Source: Candidatus Saccharimonadota bacterium
GTDB taxonomy: Bacteria > Bacteroidota > Bacteroidia > Cytophagales > Amoebophilaceae
Direction of reading: 5' to 3'
NCBI RefSeq assembly: GCF_964030745.1
Contig: NZ_OZ034918.1
Span: 180,001 to 212,000 of the forward strand
Length of the DNA: 32,000 nt
The number at the start of each line of letters is the position of its first letter. The stretch's first letter is position 1. A program made the position numbers and the translations under genes. Shown here piece by piece: positions 9,418 through 17,228 of the stretch. Below the pieces are notes generated by a model. That model was not told where the DNA came from. It did no database searches and saw nothing but the letters and a program-made list of their open reading frames with translations.

Positions 9418-10029
9418 TTGAATATGGTGCGACTACATAAACCACTACTATCTGAATACAAAGACTATCACGCATCCCATATAGCTGGCTGCGATCACGC
9501 AGGGACAGGCGCAATAGCAGGCCCTATTGTTGGGGCAGCTGTAATACTACCAAGTGCTTTTTATAACGAAGTACTATACAATACTAAAAAGCTAGCTACC
9601 ACCCTACCAATTCATCTGTACAGTATCATTCAACAACATGCTGTTGGATGGAGCATCTCTATGGTGGACCATGAAGAAATTAATAGAAGCGGTGTGCCAA
9701 ATGCAGCTCAGCTTGCAATACATAAGGCACTTGATCAATTAAAAACATTACCCAACCTACTATTAGTTGCTGGACGGTCGTTTGATGGATATAAAACGAT
9801 TCCACACCAATGCATTCCCCAGGGAGACCAGATCTATGCTGCCATTACGGCAGCAAGCATACTGGCTAAAGTATATAGAGATCGTTATATGGAAAAGTTA
9901 GATAAAGACTTTCCTGCTTATAACTGGAAAAAAAACAAAGGCTATGCAACGCCAACACATAAGCAAATTATTAAACAATTTGGCCTTACTTTATACCACC
10001 GAAAAAGCTTTTCTTATAAAGAAATTTAA
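9418..10029 (+). CDS. rnhB: RNase HII homologue with substituted catalytic residues (possibly inactive)
   Basis: 203 aa, collinear with RNase HII: IAGCD.AG.G..AGP.VGAAVIL, ..KKL, QGD...AITAASILAKVYRDRYM, KNKGY.TP.H, YHRKSF. However the DEAGRG motif reads DHAGTG and the (I/V)DG(N) motif reads VAGR. See findings. Confidence 0.85.
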   Translation: MNMVRLHKPLLSEYKDYHASHIAGCDHAGTGAIAGPIVGAAVILPSAFYNEVLYNTKKLATTLPIHLYSIIQQHAVGWSISMVDHEEINRSGVPNAAQLAIHKALDQLKTLPNLLLVAGRSFDGYKTIPHQCIPQGDQIYAAITAASILAKVYRDRYMEKLDKDFPAYNWKKNKGYATPTHKQIIKQFGLTLYHRKSFSYKEI

Positions 10030-10057
10030 CTTTTTAGCGTTTTGAATCAAGCTTAGT

Positions 10058-12052
10058 ATGTTAAGCGCTGTTGCTTTTCCTCTCTTTCGTTTACTATTGG
10101 TTTATATAAGTGGTGTGCTAATAGCCATCTGCTGCCCAATAGAGCCATTCCATGCAGTTATGCTTTTGATTGCACTAAAGATGCTGTATTTGGTTACCTG
10201 GATAGGATTTAAAGCTGCCAGACTTCTTTCGAAATGGCCTCATATAATAGGCCTGCTAGTGATTTTTTTAGTAGGGTATAGCAACCTAGTATTACAAATC
10301 GCACCATACCAAAAACTGCTTACATGGACCAATCAGCCTATAGAGGGATATACAGCCTCTATTCAAAAAGTTTATCATTCGCTCAGCTGCAAAGCTTTAA
10401 TTACACATATAAAAGCAAACTCAGGTTGGCACAAGCATCCTGCATCTATACAACTGTTCTTTTCAAAAAAGTCTGGTTATAAACCACAAAAAGGAGATAC
10501 GCTATTGATTTCTGGCACACCAACTCGCATCGTACCATCTAAAAACAGGGAACTACCACCTCCTTATGCATCCTTTTATCACCCCTCGATGCATCGTCAT
10601 GTTTTAAAGCAAATCGATCGAGATTTTATCTACCTGCAACCAGTTTGTAAAAATAGACAATGGGTTAGAGTGATTAGGGAGTGGTGCAGTCAAATCTTCG
10701 AAAAACAGCTCCAAGACACAACGGCCAGGGGGGTGGTTGCTGCACTCCTATGGGGGGAAAAAGATGGTTTAAACCCGGATTTACAAAAAGCCTATGCTCA
10801 AACAGGTACCATTCATGTATTGGCTATTTCTGGTTTACATGTAACCATGTTGTACCTGATTATGAAGACTATTTTTAGATTTGTGTTTAGCAGAATAGGT
10901 TATTGGATATTACCAGAGCTGCTGTCGCTGCTTTTTATTTGGCTATATGCTGGGCTCTGCGATTTTACCCCTCCTATAGTGCGTGCAACAATTATGATCA
11001 CCATGGCTAGACTAGGGTTGCTAATGGGTAGGGGATCTAACAGTTACAATGGACTGATTGTCTCTGCATTTGGGTTACTATTGTGGAACCCATTGTTACT
11101 ATTTAACTGTGGTTTTCAACTTTCCTATTCAGCCACGTTAGGCATACTTTACCTACAACCTTTTATCCATCGCCTCACTACCCTGAAAAATTATTGGCTA
11201 CAGAAAATATGGACTGCTACTACGCTGTCTATTGCTGCACAATTGAGTACACTACCACTTATACTATTTTACTTTAAACAGTTTCCACTCTATTTTATCA
11301 TCGCTAATTGGTTGGTGATACCTGCTATTTTTGCCATTCTAATGCTTAGCCTGGCATTGTTAGTGGGTAGCCATTTGCCTATAGTAGGTACACTACTAGG
11401 TTTTATACTTAATAAACTGATTGTTGCCACCAATGGATGGGTTTGTTGGGTGGCAAAATGGCCGATGAGCACCCTTTCCTGCTGTGCTGTAAATGGCCGT
11501 TCTGCTTGTTTACTATATGTTGTGCTCCTTACAACCAGTCTGTTCTTGCAATACAAACAGCTGATTTATCCTGTTACCATCAGTATATGCACCCTATTTT
11601 ATAGTATAGATCAACTGCAACTTATCCTATCCAAACAAAAACAATGTAAGATGATCTGTTGCAACCACCATCAACTATCCTTTACTTTAAAAGATGGCAT
11701 AGAGACTTTAGGCTGTAATAGACCTCTTTCAAAGAGTAGTCCACTACGACACTATGCTGGAGGCACAATAGCAAGCTGGTATAAAAAAATGATCTTGACC
11801 ATTGATAAGATTCCCATTGATTGGCATAGATGGCATGGCGCGAAACTGGATATAGACTATTTACTGATAGATGAAAAACTACTCTCTGATATGGATATTA
11901 TTTTGAAAGTATGTAACATCAAAACATTGGTGATATATACCAAAGAGGTCCGTCCATTTTATTACCACCCAGCCATTAAAACATTAAGCTTAGCAGTCAT
12001 TTGGTTACAACCAGGTGCGAAAAAGGTATTCAGCTGGCCTAAAAATCTATAG
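10058..12052 (+). CDS. comEC: ComEC/Rec2-family competence (DNA internalisation) membrane protein
   Basis: 664-aa polytopic membrane protein carrying the hallmark competence-domain motif AYAQTGTIHVLAISGLHV, followed by multiple TM helices. Confidence 0.85.
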   Translation: MLSAVAFPLFRLLLVYISGVLIAICCPIEPFHAVMLLIALKMLYLVTWIGFKAARLLSKWPHIIGLLVIFLVGYSNLVLQIAPYQKLLTWTNQPIEGYTASIQKVYHSLSCKALITHIKANSGWHKHPASIQLFFSKKSGYKPQKGDTLLISGTPTRIVPSKNRELPPPYASFYHPSMHRHVLKQIDRDFIYLQPVCKNRQWVRVIREWCSQIFEKQLQDTTARGVVAALLWGEKDGLNPDLQKAYAQTGTIHVLAISGLHVTMLYLIMKTIFRFVFSRIGYWILPELLSLLFIWLYAGLCDFTPPIVRATIMITMARLGLLMGRGSNSYNGLIVSAFGLLLWNPLLLFNCGFQLSYSATLGILYLQPFIHRLTTLKNYWLQKIWTATTLSIAAQLSTLPLILFYFKQFPLYFIIANWLVIPAIFAILMLSLALLVGSHLPIVGTLLGFILNKLIVATNGWVCWVAKWPMSTLSCCAVNGRSACLLYVVLLTTSLFLQYKQLIYPVTISICTLFYSIDQLQLILSKQKQCKMICCNHHQLSFTLKDGIETLGCNRPLSKSSPLRHYAGGTIASWYKKMILTIDKIPIDWHRWHGAKLDIDYLLIDEKLLSDMDIILKVCNIKTLVIYTKEVRPFYYHPAIKTLSLAVIWLQPGAKKVFSWPKNL

Positions 12053-12059
12053 CATAGGG

Positions 12060-12100
12060 AAAATGTATTTTAGCGCAGCAGTGCACCAAACGGTTTATGG
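12060..12100. repeat. Short dispersed intergenic repeat (copy 1), related to 30505-30548
   Basis: aaaatgtattttagcgcagcagtgcaccaaacggtttatgg aligns by hand with aaaacatattttagctcagacgtgcacaaagcggtctgtaaatg at 30505-30548. About four fifths of positions are identical. Confidence 0.35.
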
Positions 12101-12153
12101 TCTATTATATTATATCCTATTGCTTCATAAACAAAAATTTACGTTATTTTATT

Positions 12154-12960
12154 ATGAACCGGAAAGTGATTTTATTTAGTAGCATTGTATTGTTTTATTT
12201 AGGCTGTAGTAGAGTATATAACCTGTCACAGCTATATTCCCCTTCTGTGGGTTTGAAAAACCCGCAAGACGTACGCAAGCAAGCTGCAGACAAAGTTATA
12301 CAACAGCTTCTGGAGCAGATTCATGATAAAAAAATGGAAAAGTGGTGGCGTGCATGCATCCAGTCTGTAGATCGATCTAGCAAAAATGTAGCTAGTAGTG
12401 AATTCCCGCTGCATGCATTTATCAAAGATTTTCAATCGACTCAACGAAACCTTAAAAAGTGCAAATTGTCTCCTGTGCTGCAAAAAAAGTGCATAGAACT
12501 CTTTATTGATTATCATAGAGAATCATCGAATTTATTAGATAATAAAGGATGGGCTCCTTTACATATAGCAGTTTTTACGAAAAATCTACAAGCTATGCGC
12601 TATTTACTTGCTCATGCTCATAATAAAATTAATGTAGATATATGGTCTTCAAACGGTTATACCCCACTGCATCTAGCAGTAGAAAATGGTTATGTAGAAA
12701 TAGCTAAGTTGTTGTTGGAATATCGTGCCAATGTAAATGAGCCATGTAGGCATTACTTCTTATCGATGTTTACCCCACTGCATCTCGCAGCAATGTTTCC
12801 TCATACAAAGACGGCTAAAGCAATGATTAGCTTACTATTAGAGTATGGTGCTGATGCAAATGCACAAGATAGTTTTGGGCGTACAGCAAATCCTATGCAC
12901 TCAGCCCATGCAGGAGGATTCATAAAGCAGTGCGTAAAACTTACTGCAACAATAATGTAA
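12154..12960 (+). CDS. Ankyrin-repeat protein with lipoprotein-type signal peptide
   Basis: ANK consensus repeats: GWAPLHIAVFTKNLQAMRYLLAH, NGYTPLHLAVENGYVEIAKLLLEYRANVNE, FTPLHLAAMF..., LLLEYGADANAQDSFGRTA. The start is placed at the internal Met, giving MNRKVILFSSIVLFYLGCS (charged n-region, h-region, L-G-C lipobox). Confidence 0.85.
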   Translation: MNRKVILFSSIVLFYLGCSRVYNLSQLYSPSVGLKNPQDVRKQAADKVIQQLLEQIHDKKMEKWWRACIQSVDRSSKNVASSEFPLHAFIKDFQSTQRNLKKCKLSPVLQKKCIELFIDYHRESSNLLDNKGWAPLHIAVFTKNLQAMRYLLAHAHNKINVDIWSSNGYTPLHLAVENGYVEIAKLLLEYRANVNEPCRHYFLSMFTPLHLAAMFPHTKTAKAMISLLLEYGADANAQDSFGRTANPMHSAHAGGFIKQCVKLTATIM

Positions 12961-13058
12961 TCGTATCTATTCACGTCACTGGTTAATAATGAATTGTATT
13001 CCACTTTTTTCTTGATAAAAAAGTGGACAAAAAATCAAGCCCTCGGCAAAAAGTTCCG

Positions 13059-13152
13059 GAAGCCACCCCTTACAGATGGAAAAACAGAAGTCGCCCGCTG
13101 CGCGGGCTTCAAAGGAAGCTGTTTTTCCCAATCATCTGCAAGGGGTGGCTTC
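13059..13152. repeat. 94-nt nested palindrome (potential long stem-loop) between convergent genes
   Basis: Outer arms 13059-13078 gaagccaccccttacagatg and 13133-13152 catctgcaaggggtggcttc are complementary at 19/20 positions. Middle arms aaaaacag (13080-13087) and ctgttttt (13119-13126) match 8/8. The central GC hairpin gcccgc-tgc-gcgggc lies at 13093-13107. Confidence 0.7.
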
Positions 13153-13227
13153 TATTTCGAAACTTTTTACAGGGGCATTTTATCACTATGACCATAGTGT
13201 TGAACAGATACATGTAATCAATCCCTA

Positions 13228-13521
13228 TTACAAAAAAACAACATCCTGCAATGAAGCACCCTCCATGGCTTCATGGAGCATGATAAGGATTCTATCTTTA
13301 TTAAACTGTAACTCATGACGCAAAGGAGCAGAGGTAATTTTTAAAAAAACCTTGTTATCGTGTATGTAAAGCTTTTCTGTTCTATCACACACTGCTTTAG
13401 GCATGGTTTTATGCCATGCAGCACGTGCCATAGCTGATGTGAGTTGTTTCTGAAAAGGAGAGGTTTCAAGAAACCTATTGACCAATTCTTTAAGGCTTTT
13501 CATCTGATGTGCATCCTGCAT
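13228..13521 (-). CDS. DUF721 (DciA-like) small protein
   Basis: About 97 aa. The pattern SLKELVNRFL....W......V...T..LYIHDNKVFLKITSAPLRHEL...KDRIL..L........DVVFL matches my recollection of Bacteroidota DUF721 proteins. The start is ambiguous, with Met codons at 13548, 13521 and 13503. Confidence 0.6.
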   Translation of the reverse strand: MQDAHQMKSLKELVNRFLETSPFQKQLTSAMARAAWHKTMPKAVCDRTEKLYIHDNKVFLKITSAPLRHELQFNKDRILIMLHEAMEGASLQDVVFL

Positions 13522-13534
13522 AATGAATAAGATT

Positions 13535-14911
13535 TTAAAATGGAGCATCTACATGGTGGTATTCCACTGGAATCTTTCGAGGCCTAATAAATCGTAACCA
13601 TAATACACGTCCCTTTTCTAACGGTTCTACCTGCTTCATGCGATTCTTTTCCAAAAGTGCAGCTTGTCTCATGCCATACCGTTGGGCAATGCTCCACATA
13701 TCTTCGCCCAGTGCCACAACGTGATAATGGGTACCACCTTTACTGCCTTTTGGACTGTAATAATATATAGTTCCTGGTATCAACTGGTGCGTTTTTTTAA
13801 TCTCATTTATAAGAAGAAATTGATCTATAGCCAAGCCACCTAACTTGGCTAAACAGGGAATGGTATCTCCTTTTTTTGCAACAATAGCCAATCTACCATT
13901 GGCTTTAACCAATCTAGCAGAACGGGTATCTTGTAAAGACTTCATCTCAGGAAAGGGAGATTTTACATACTTGGCATAATCTATATGACCAGATTGGGAA
14001 GACTTTTGCTTGGGTACTACTGCTGTTTGTTTCTGTTTAAGTGATTTATTTTTTATTGGTTTAGAAAGGCTTAGCACAGGATGCATAGGAGCGTGGGCAT
14101 GGAGTAATGGTACCAGCAAAGCACACCTTGTATGAGGTGGTACTACAGCCGTTCTAAGCCACCGATTGTGTTCGAGTAATAATCCTGCTTCTATTTTTAA
14201 ATGCATAGCAATATCTTCCAATCTTTGGCCATGGTGACCTTGATCATAAACAAATAGCCGTAGCTTTGCATGCTGCTTTTTTCCAGCCATCTTTTCAAAG
14301 GCCAGCTTAGTAGCGATAACAGAAATGATATAGTGGTCGGTCTGATCATCTAAACGTACGATTTTGGCGCCACGGAAACGGGAAGGAAATAGCTTTACAG
14401 CCCCTGCCCTACCTCTATTATAGGCCAGTAATGCGCCCAGCCAACTATCAAAATATTGGTACTGGATTTTTAAAAAACGGGCTGCCGCTTTTGTCGACTG
14501 AATTAAGTGCATTCGCTCATCTACAAGATGATCAATGGTTAAACGTAAACCCAAGCCAGTTGCCTTTTGAATTTGCCAAAATCCAACATCTTGGGTGTGG
14601 CTTACTGCATGGCCGACAAGCATACTTTCATGCACAGCTTGGAATTTAAAATCATCTGGAACATTTTCATCAGACAATATTTTTTCTATAATAGGAAAAA
14701 AAAGATGGGTGCGCTCTAATATTTGATTAAACGACCTGGCAGATCGGGTCAACTGGTCTACTTTTGCTTGCACACGTTTACGGGCACCACGCGTAAGCCT
14801 CAATCGCATGTTTGCAAACCGGACTACTTGCGGCACCACGATTGATTGAGGCGTATCAATAGCCCATCCAGGAAATGGTAGCAAGGCGATAACAACAAAA
14901 ATCCAACGCAT
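13535..14911 (-). CDS. Lytic murein transglycosylase with C-terminal LysM domains (MltD-like)
   Basis: Signal peptide MRWIFVVIALLPFPGWA. SLT-type core: HESMLVGHAVSHTQDVGFWQI with the catalytic Glu-Ser context, and LLAYNRGRAG. LysM-like segments include HYHVVALGEDMWSIAQRYGMRQAALLEKN. Confidence 0.8.
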   Translation of the reverse strand: MRWIFVVIALLPFPGWAIDTPQSIVVPQVVRFANMRLRLTRGARKRVQAKVDQLTRSARSFNQILERTHLFFPIIEKILSDENVPDDFKFQAVHESMLVGHAVSHTQDVGFWQIQKATGLGLRLTIDHLVDERMHLIQSTKAAARFLKIQYQYFDSWLGALLAYNRGRAGAVKLFPSRFRGAKIVRLDDQTDHYIISVIATKLAFEKMAGKKQHAKLRLFVYDQGHHGQRLEDIAMHLKIEAGLLLEHNRWLRTAVVPPHTRCALLVPLLHAHAPMHPVLSLSKPIKNKSLKQKQTAVVPKQKSSQSGHIDYAKYVKSPFPEMKSLQDTRSARLVKANGRLAIVAKKGDTIPCLAKLGGLAIDQFLLINEIKKTHQLIPGTIYYYSPKGSKGGTHYHVVALGEDMWSIAQRYGMRQAALLEKNRMKQVEPLEKGRVLWLRFIRPRKIPVEYHHVDAPF

Positions 14912-14919
14912 AGATCAAA

Positions 14920-16746
14920 TCATTTTTTACCTGTAGCCCAGCTATACTTAGACAAACTCGATAATGGAGAACGAAGCAAACCCTGCTTTACCATGTAATA
15001 GTTATTGGAAGCATTCCAGAGTAAAAAGCCTGACCCTTTTGAACCATAGACGCCGGCTATTTGCGCTTTCATATAATTGCAATAGACCTCTTCTGAAAAT
15101 TTCCTTTCTGCTCCCAAAAGGAAGGCTTGTACATACTGACGAATACAAACTTGTTCTTTGGTATAGAAGGCGGAACGATCTGAGCCTACTTTATACAGCA
15201 GATGGGCTTTTTTGAAATATGGCGTAGTCCCTAAAAAGGTAGTGTGGTAGTGAGAAGGATAGGTCATAGGAGAAATCGCATCTACATAAAGGGCTAGCCG
15301 TTGGATATTTTGCCCCAGTGCGTTGGTCAAAAACCAACCGTTATAGCCAAATACGTTGACAGAGATAGGTAAGGTCAAGACTTCACGCGCCCTCTTTAAG
15401 TAAGACTCTAGGGCATCTATAGCCTTCATTTCATAGTTATTATGACGACAAGAAATGGTATGAAGAGGCCCCTCTGAAGGCAGCCGGATGTAGTCAAATT
15501 GAATCTCATCCATACCTAGAGATTGCAACTCCTGGGCAATTTGGAGGTTGTACTCCCAAACTTCAGGCGAAAAGAGATTCACCCAGTATTCTCGTTGAAC
15601 CAGTTGGCCTGTAGGGGTTTTTATAAAATGGGCCCATGGTGCATTCCTTTTTTTATCCCATAATGCATAGCCATTTCCGGCATATCGATATAGTTTTTCA
15701 TCCTTAAAAAGGACCACACGAGCAATCAGATAAATATCTAGCTCATCTGCTAAGGCACGAATCGCCTGTATATCTAGCATGGGACGAATCGCCTTGATTT
15801 CGCTGGCCATTTTAACCCGAGAATTATACGTAATATAACCAAAGTCATCTTTACAGTCAATTACAACGGCATTCATACCATGCTCCTTGATAAACAACAA
15901 ATGCTTTCGTAAGTCCTTTAGATTGCTAGCTGTCCAAGCGGTTAGATAAATGCCTCGTTTGTCTTGCACCTTTTTTCGTCTAGCTTCGGAAAAATAAGGT
16001 GAGCAGTTGGGAGGCAGTATGCCATTTTTTAGCCACTTGTTCTTACGAAAACACCAAACAGCTGATTGCGTTTGCGCAATCAGCTGCGCATCTGAACCAA
16101 CGGTGGATAGGGAAACAATGCCATGTGGCACTGGTAGGGGGGCTATGGGCTCCATAAAACCTGTTTTGATATGGAGCAAACCCATCTTTCCATAAGGCCC
16201 ATAAGCAAAATAAACTTTATCAGGATTGGCAAGATCATAGGCTATATCATTAATCGTTTCGTGATAGTGACCACCAAAACGAAGGCCTTTTAACGTTACC
16301 GGTATAGCCTTCCAGCTCCTTCCTCCATCTCGTGTGAGGTAAAAACCATTATAAGAAGTGCCGACAATCCATTCATTCGAATCTTTTTCTGAAATAGCGA
16401 CTGAGGTAAAATAGGACAAATAAGAAAGGGCATGCTTATCCGCTACCAGCGTAAAAGCACCACCACCATCTTGCGATAAAAATATTTCCTCACCTGTTGT
16501 TACAACAACTTGCTCGGGCCTAGCCAGTGTGCTGGCAACAGCGGTGAGGGGTCTTTTTTCCATTGCTGGATATATCCAGCGCAAAGGCAAACCCTTCCCT
16601 TGCACAACCACCCAACCGCTTCCAACCCTTTTTTCCAGCTCTCCCAGAAAACTTAATCGATAGTTTCCCATACCAGAAGCCCACAAATAGGGACTTTTAA
16701 GGAAGAGAAACATAAACAACACTATCTTAAATCTGGACTTGTACAT
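14920..16746 (-). CDS. Secreted BNR/Asp-box repeat domain fused to a putative TIM-barrel glycoside hydrolase (DUF4015-like)
   Basis: Signal peptide at the N-terminus. Asp-box-like motifs SQDGGGAF and TRDGGRSW occur in the N-terminal half. The C-terminal half starts with RGIYLTAWTASNLKDLRKHLLFIKEHGMNAVVIDCKDDFGYITY, which matches my recollection of the PF13200 putative glycosyl hydrolase domain. Confidence 0.6.
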   Translation of the reverse strand: MYKSRFKIVLFMFLFLKSPYLWASGMGNYRLSFLGELEKRVGSGWVVVQGKGLPLRWIYPAMEKRPLTAVASTLARPEQVVVTTGEEIFLSQDGGGAFTLVADKHALSYLSYFTSVAISEKDSNEWIVGTSYNGFYLTRDGGRSWKAIPVTLKGLRFGGHYHETINDIAYDLANPDKVYFAYGPYGKMGLLHIKTGFMEPIAPLPVPHGIVSLSTVGSDAQLIAQTQSAVWCFRKNKWLKNGILPPNCSPYFSEARRKKVQDKRGIYLTAWTASNLKDLRKHLLFIKEHGMNAVVIDCKDDFGYITYNSRVKMASEIKAIRPMLDIQAIRALADELDIYLIARVVLFKDEKLYRYAGNGYALWDKKRNAPWAHFIKTPTGQLVQREYWVNLFSPEVWEYNLQIAQELQSLGMDEIQFDYIRLPSEGPLHTISCRHNNYEMKAIDALESYLKRAREVLTLPISVNVFGYNGWFLTNALGQNIQRLALYVDAISPMTYPSHYHTTFLGTTPYFKKAHLLYKVGSDRSAFYTKEQVCIRQYVQAFLLGAERKFSEEVYCNYMKAQIAGVYGSKGSGFLLWNASNNYYMVKQGLLRSPLSSLSKYSWATGKK

Positions 16747-16851
16747 AACTTGGATAATAACCTGGCTAACATTAGACCTTCTTTAAGGTTAAGAAAGCTA
16801 ATGCTATATTAGTTTTTTCTTCTGAATTAAAATTCATAGTATCTGCTCACG

Positions 16852-17099
16852 CAATGGCGCGGGCTTAAGGAATTTATCTTATTTTTTTACTCAGCATTGT
16901 GGTTGAAAACGCATTTTTTCTAGTTTTTTAAGGAACTTCATTACACGCCTGTGGCTGGCCCCATTATCTCCTTCGCTCAGGTGTTCGTGTTGTACTAGAG
17001 CGCTATTTTTTATCGAAGGGAACGCAGGGTTGGTTCGGTAAAAAGTTCAGGGCATTTTACTATTACGACCATAACGTTGAACGCATACAATTTATAATC
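16852..17099. mobile_element. One-ended/degenerate copy of the MITE family seen at 23918-24179 (opposite orientation)
   Basis: caatggcgcgggcttaaggaatttatcttatttttttac (16852-) matches the reverse complement of the right end of the 23918-24179 element (caatggcgtcaacttaaggaatttgtcttattttttac). The internal block cacgcctgtggctggccccattatctccttcg matches cacgcctatggctgggccccttatctccttcg. The distal part 17048-17099 resembles 13170-13219. No second terminal repeat was found. Confidence 0.5.
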
Positions 17100-17228
17100 T
17101 TGTTGCTATCCCCTGGAAGACTTTATAAAACCCTCAAGCTAAACGATACGGAAAACAAATTAATGTTTTTTGTCCGAATTATTCGGTCAACTATGCTTAA
17201 ACCAAAAGATCGAAAACGATCCTAATTT

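Noticed and set aside
13000-13027. 11-bp stem hairpin tccactttttt-cttgat-aaaaaagtgga, 40 nt after the ankyrin gene stop, considered as an intrinsic terminator.
   Set aside because: The stem is mostly A/T and is not followed by a U-tract on either strand. It may still be structural, but I cannot call it a terminator.
12994-13318. Three mutually overlapping + strand ORFs (12994..13191, 13023..13217, 13076..13318).
   Set aside because: They traverse the nested palindrome and repeat region and the 3' end of the DUF721 gene. Overlap in all three frames is what a structured repeat produces, not a gene.
1323-16195. Short ORFs nested in or antisense to strong genes: 1323..1577, 3698..3907, 4054..4236, 5087..5446, 10681..10878, 11290..11556, 12232..12516, 12801..13004, 14431..14649, 14964..15215, 16007..16195.
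   Set aside because: Each lies inside a longer ORF with clear family motifs. No independent evidence supports them, and this is typical six-frame noise.
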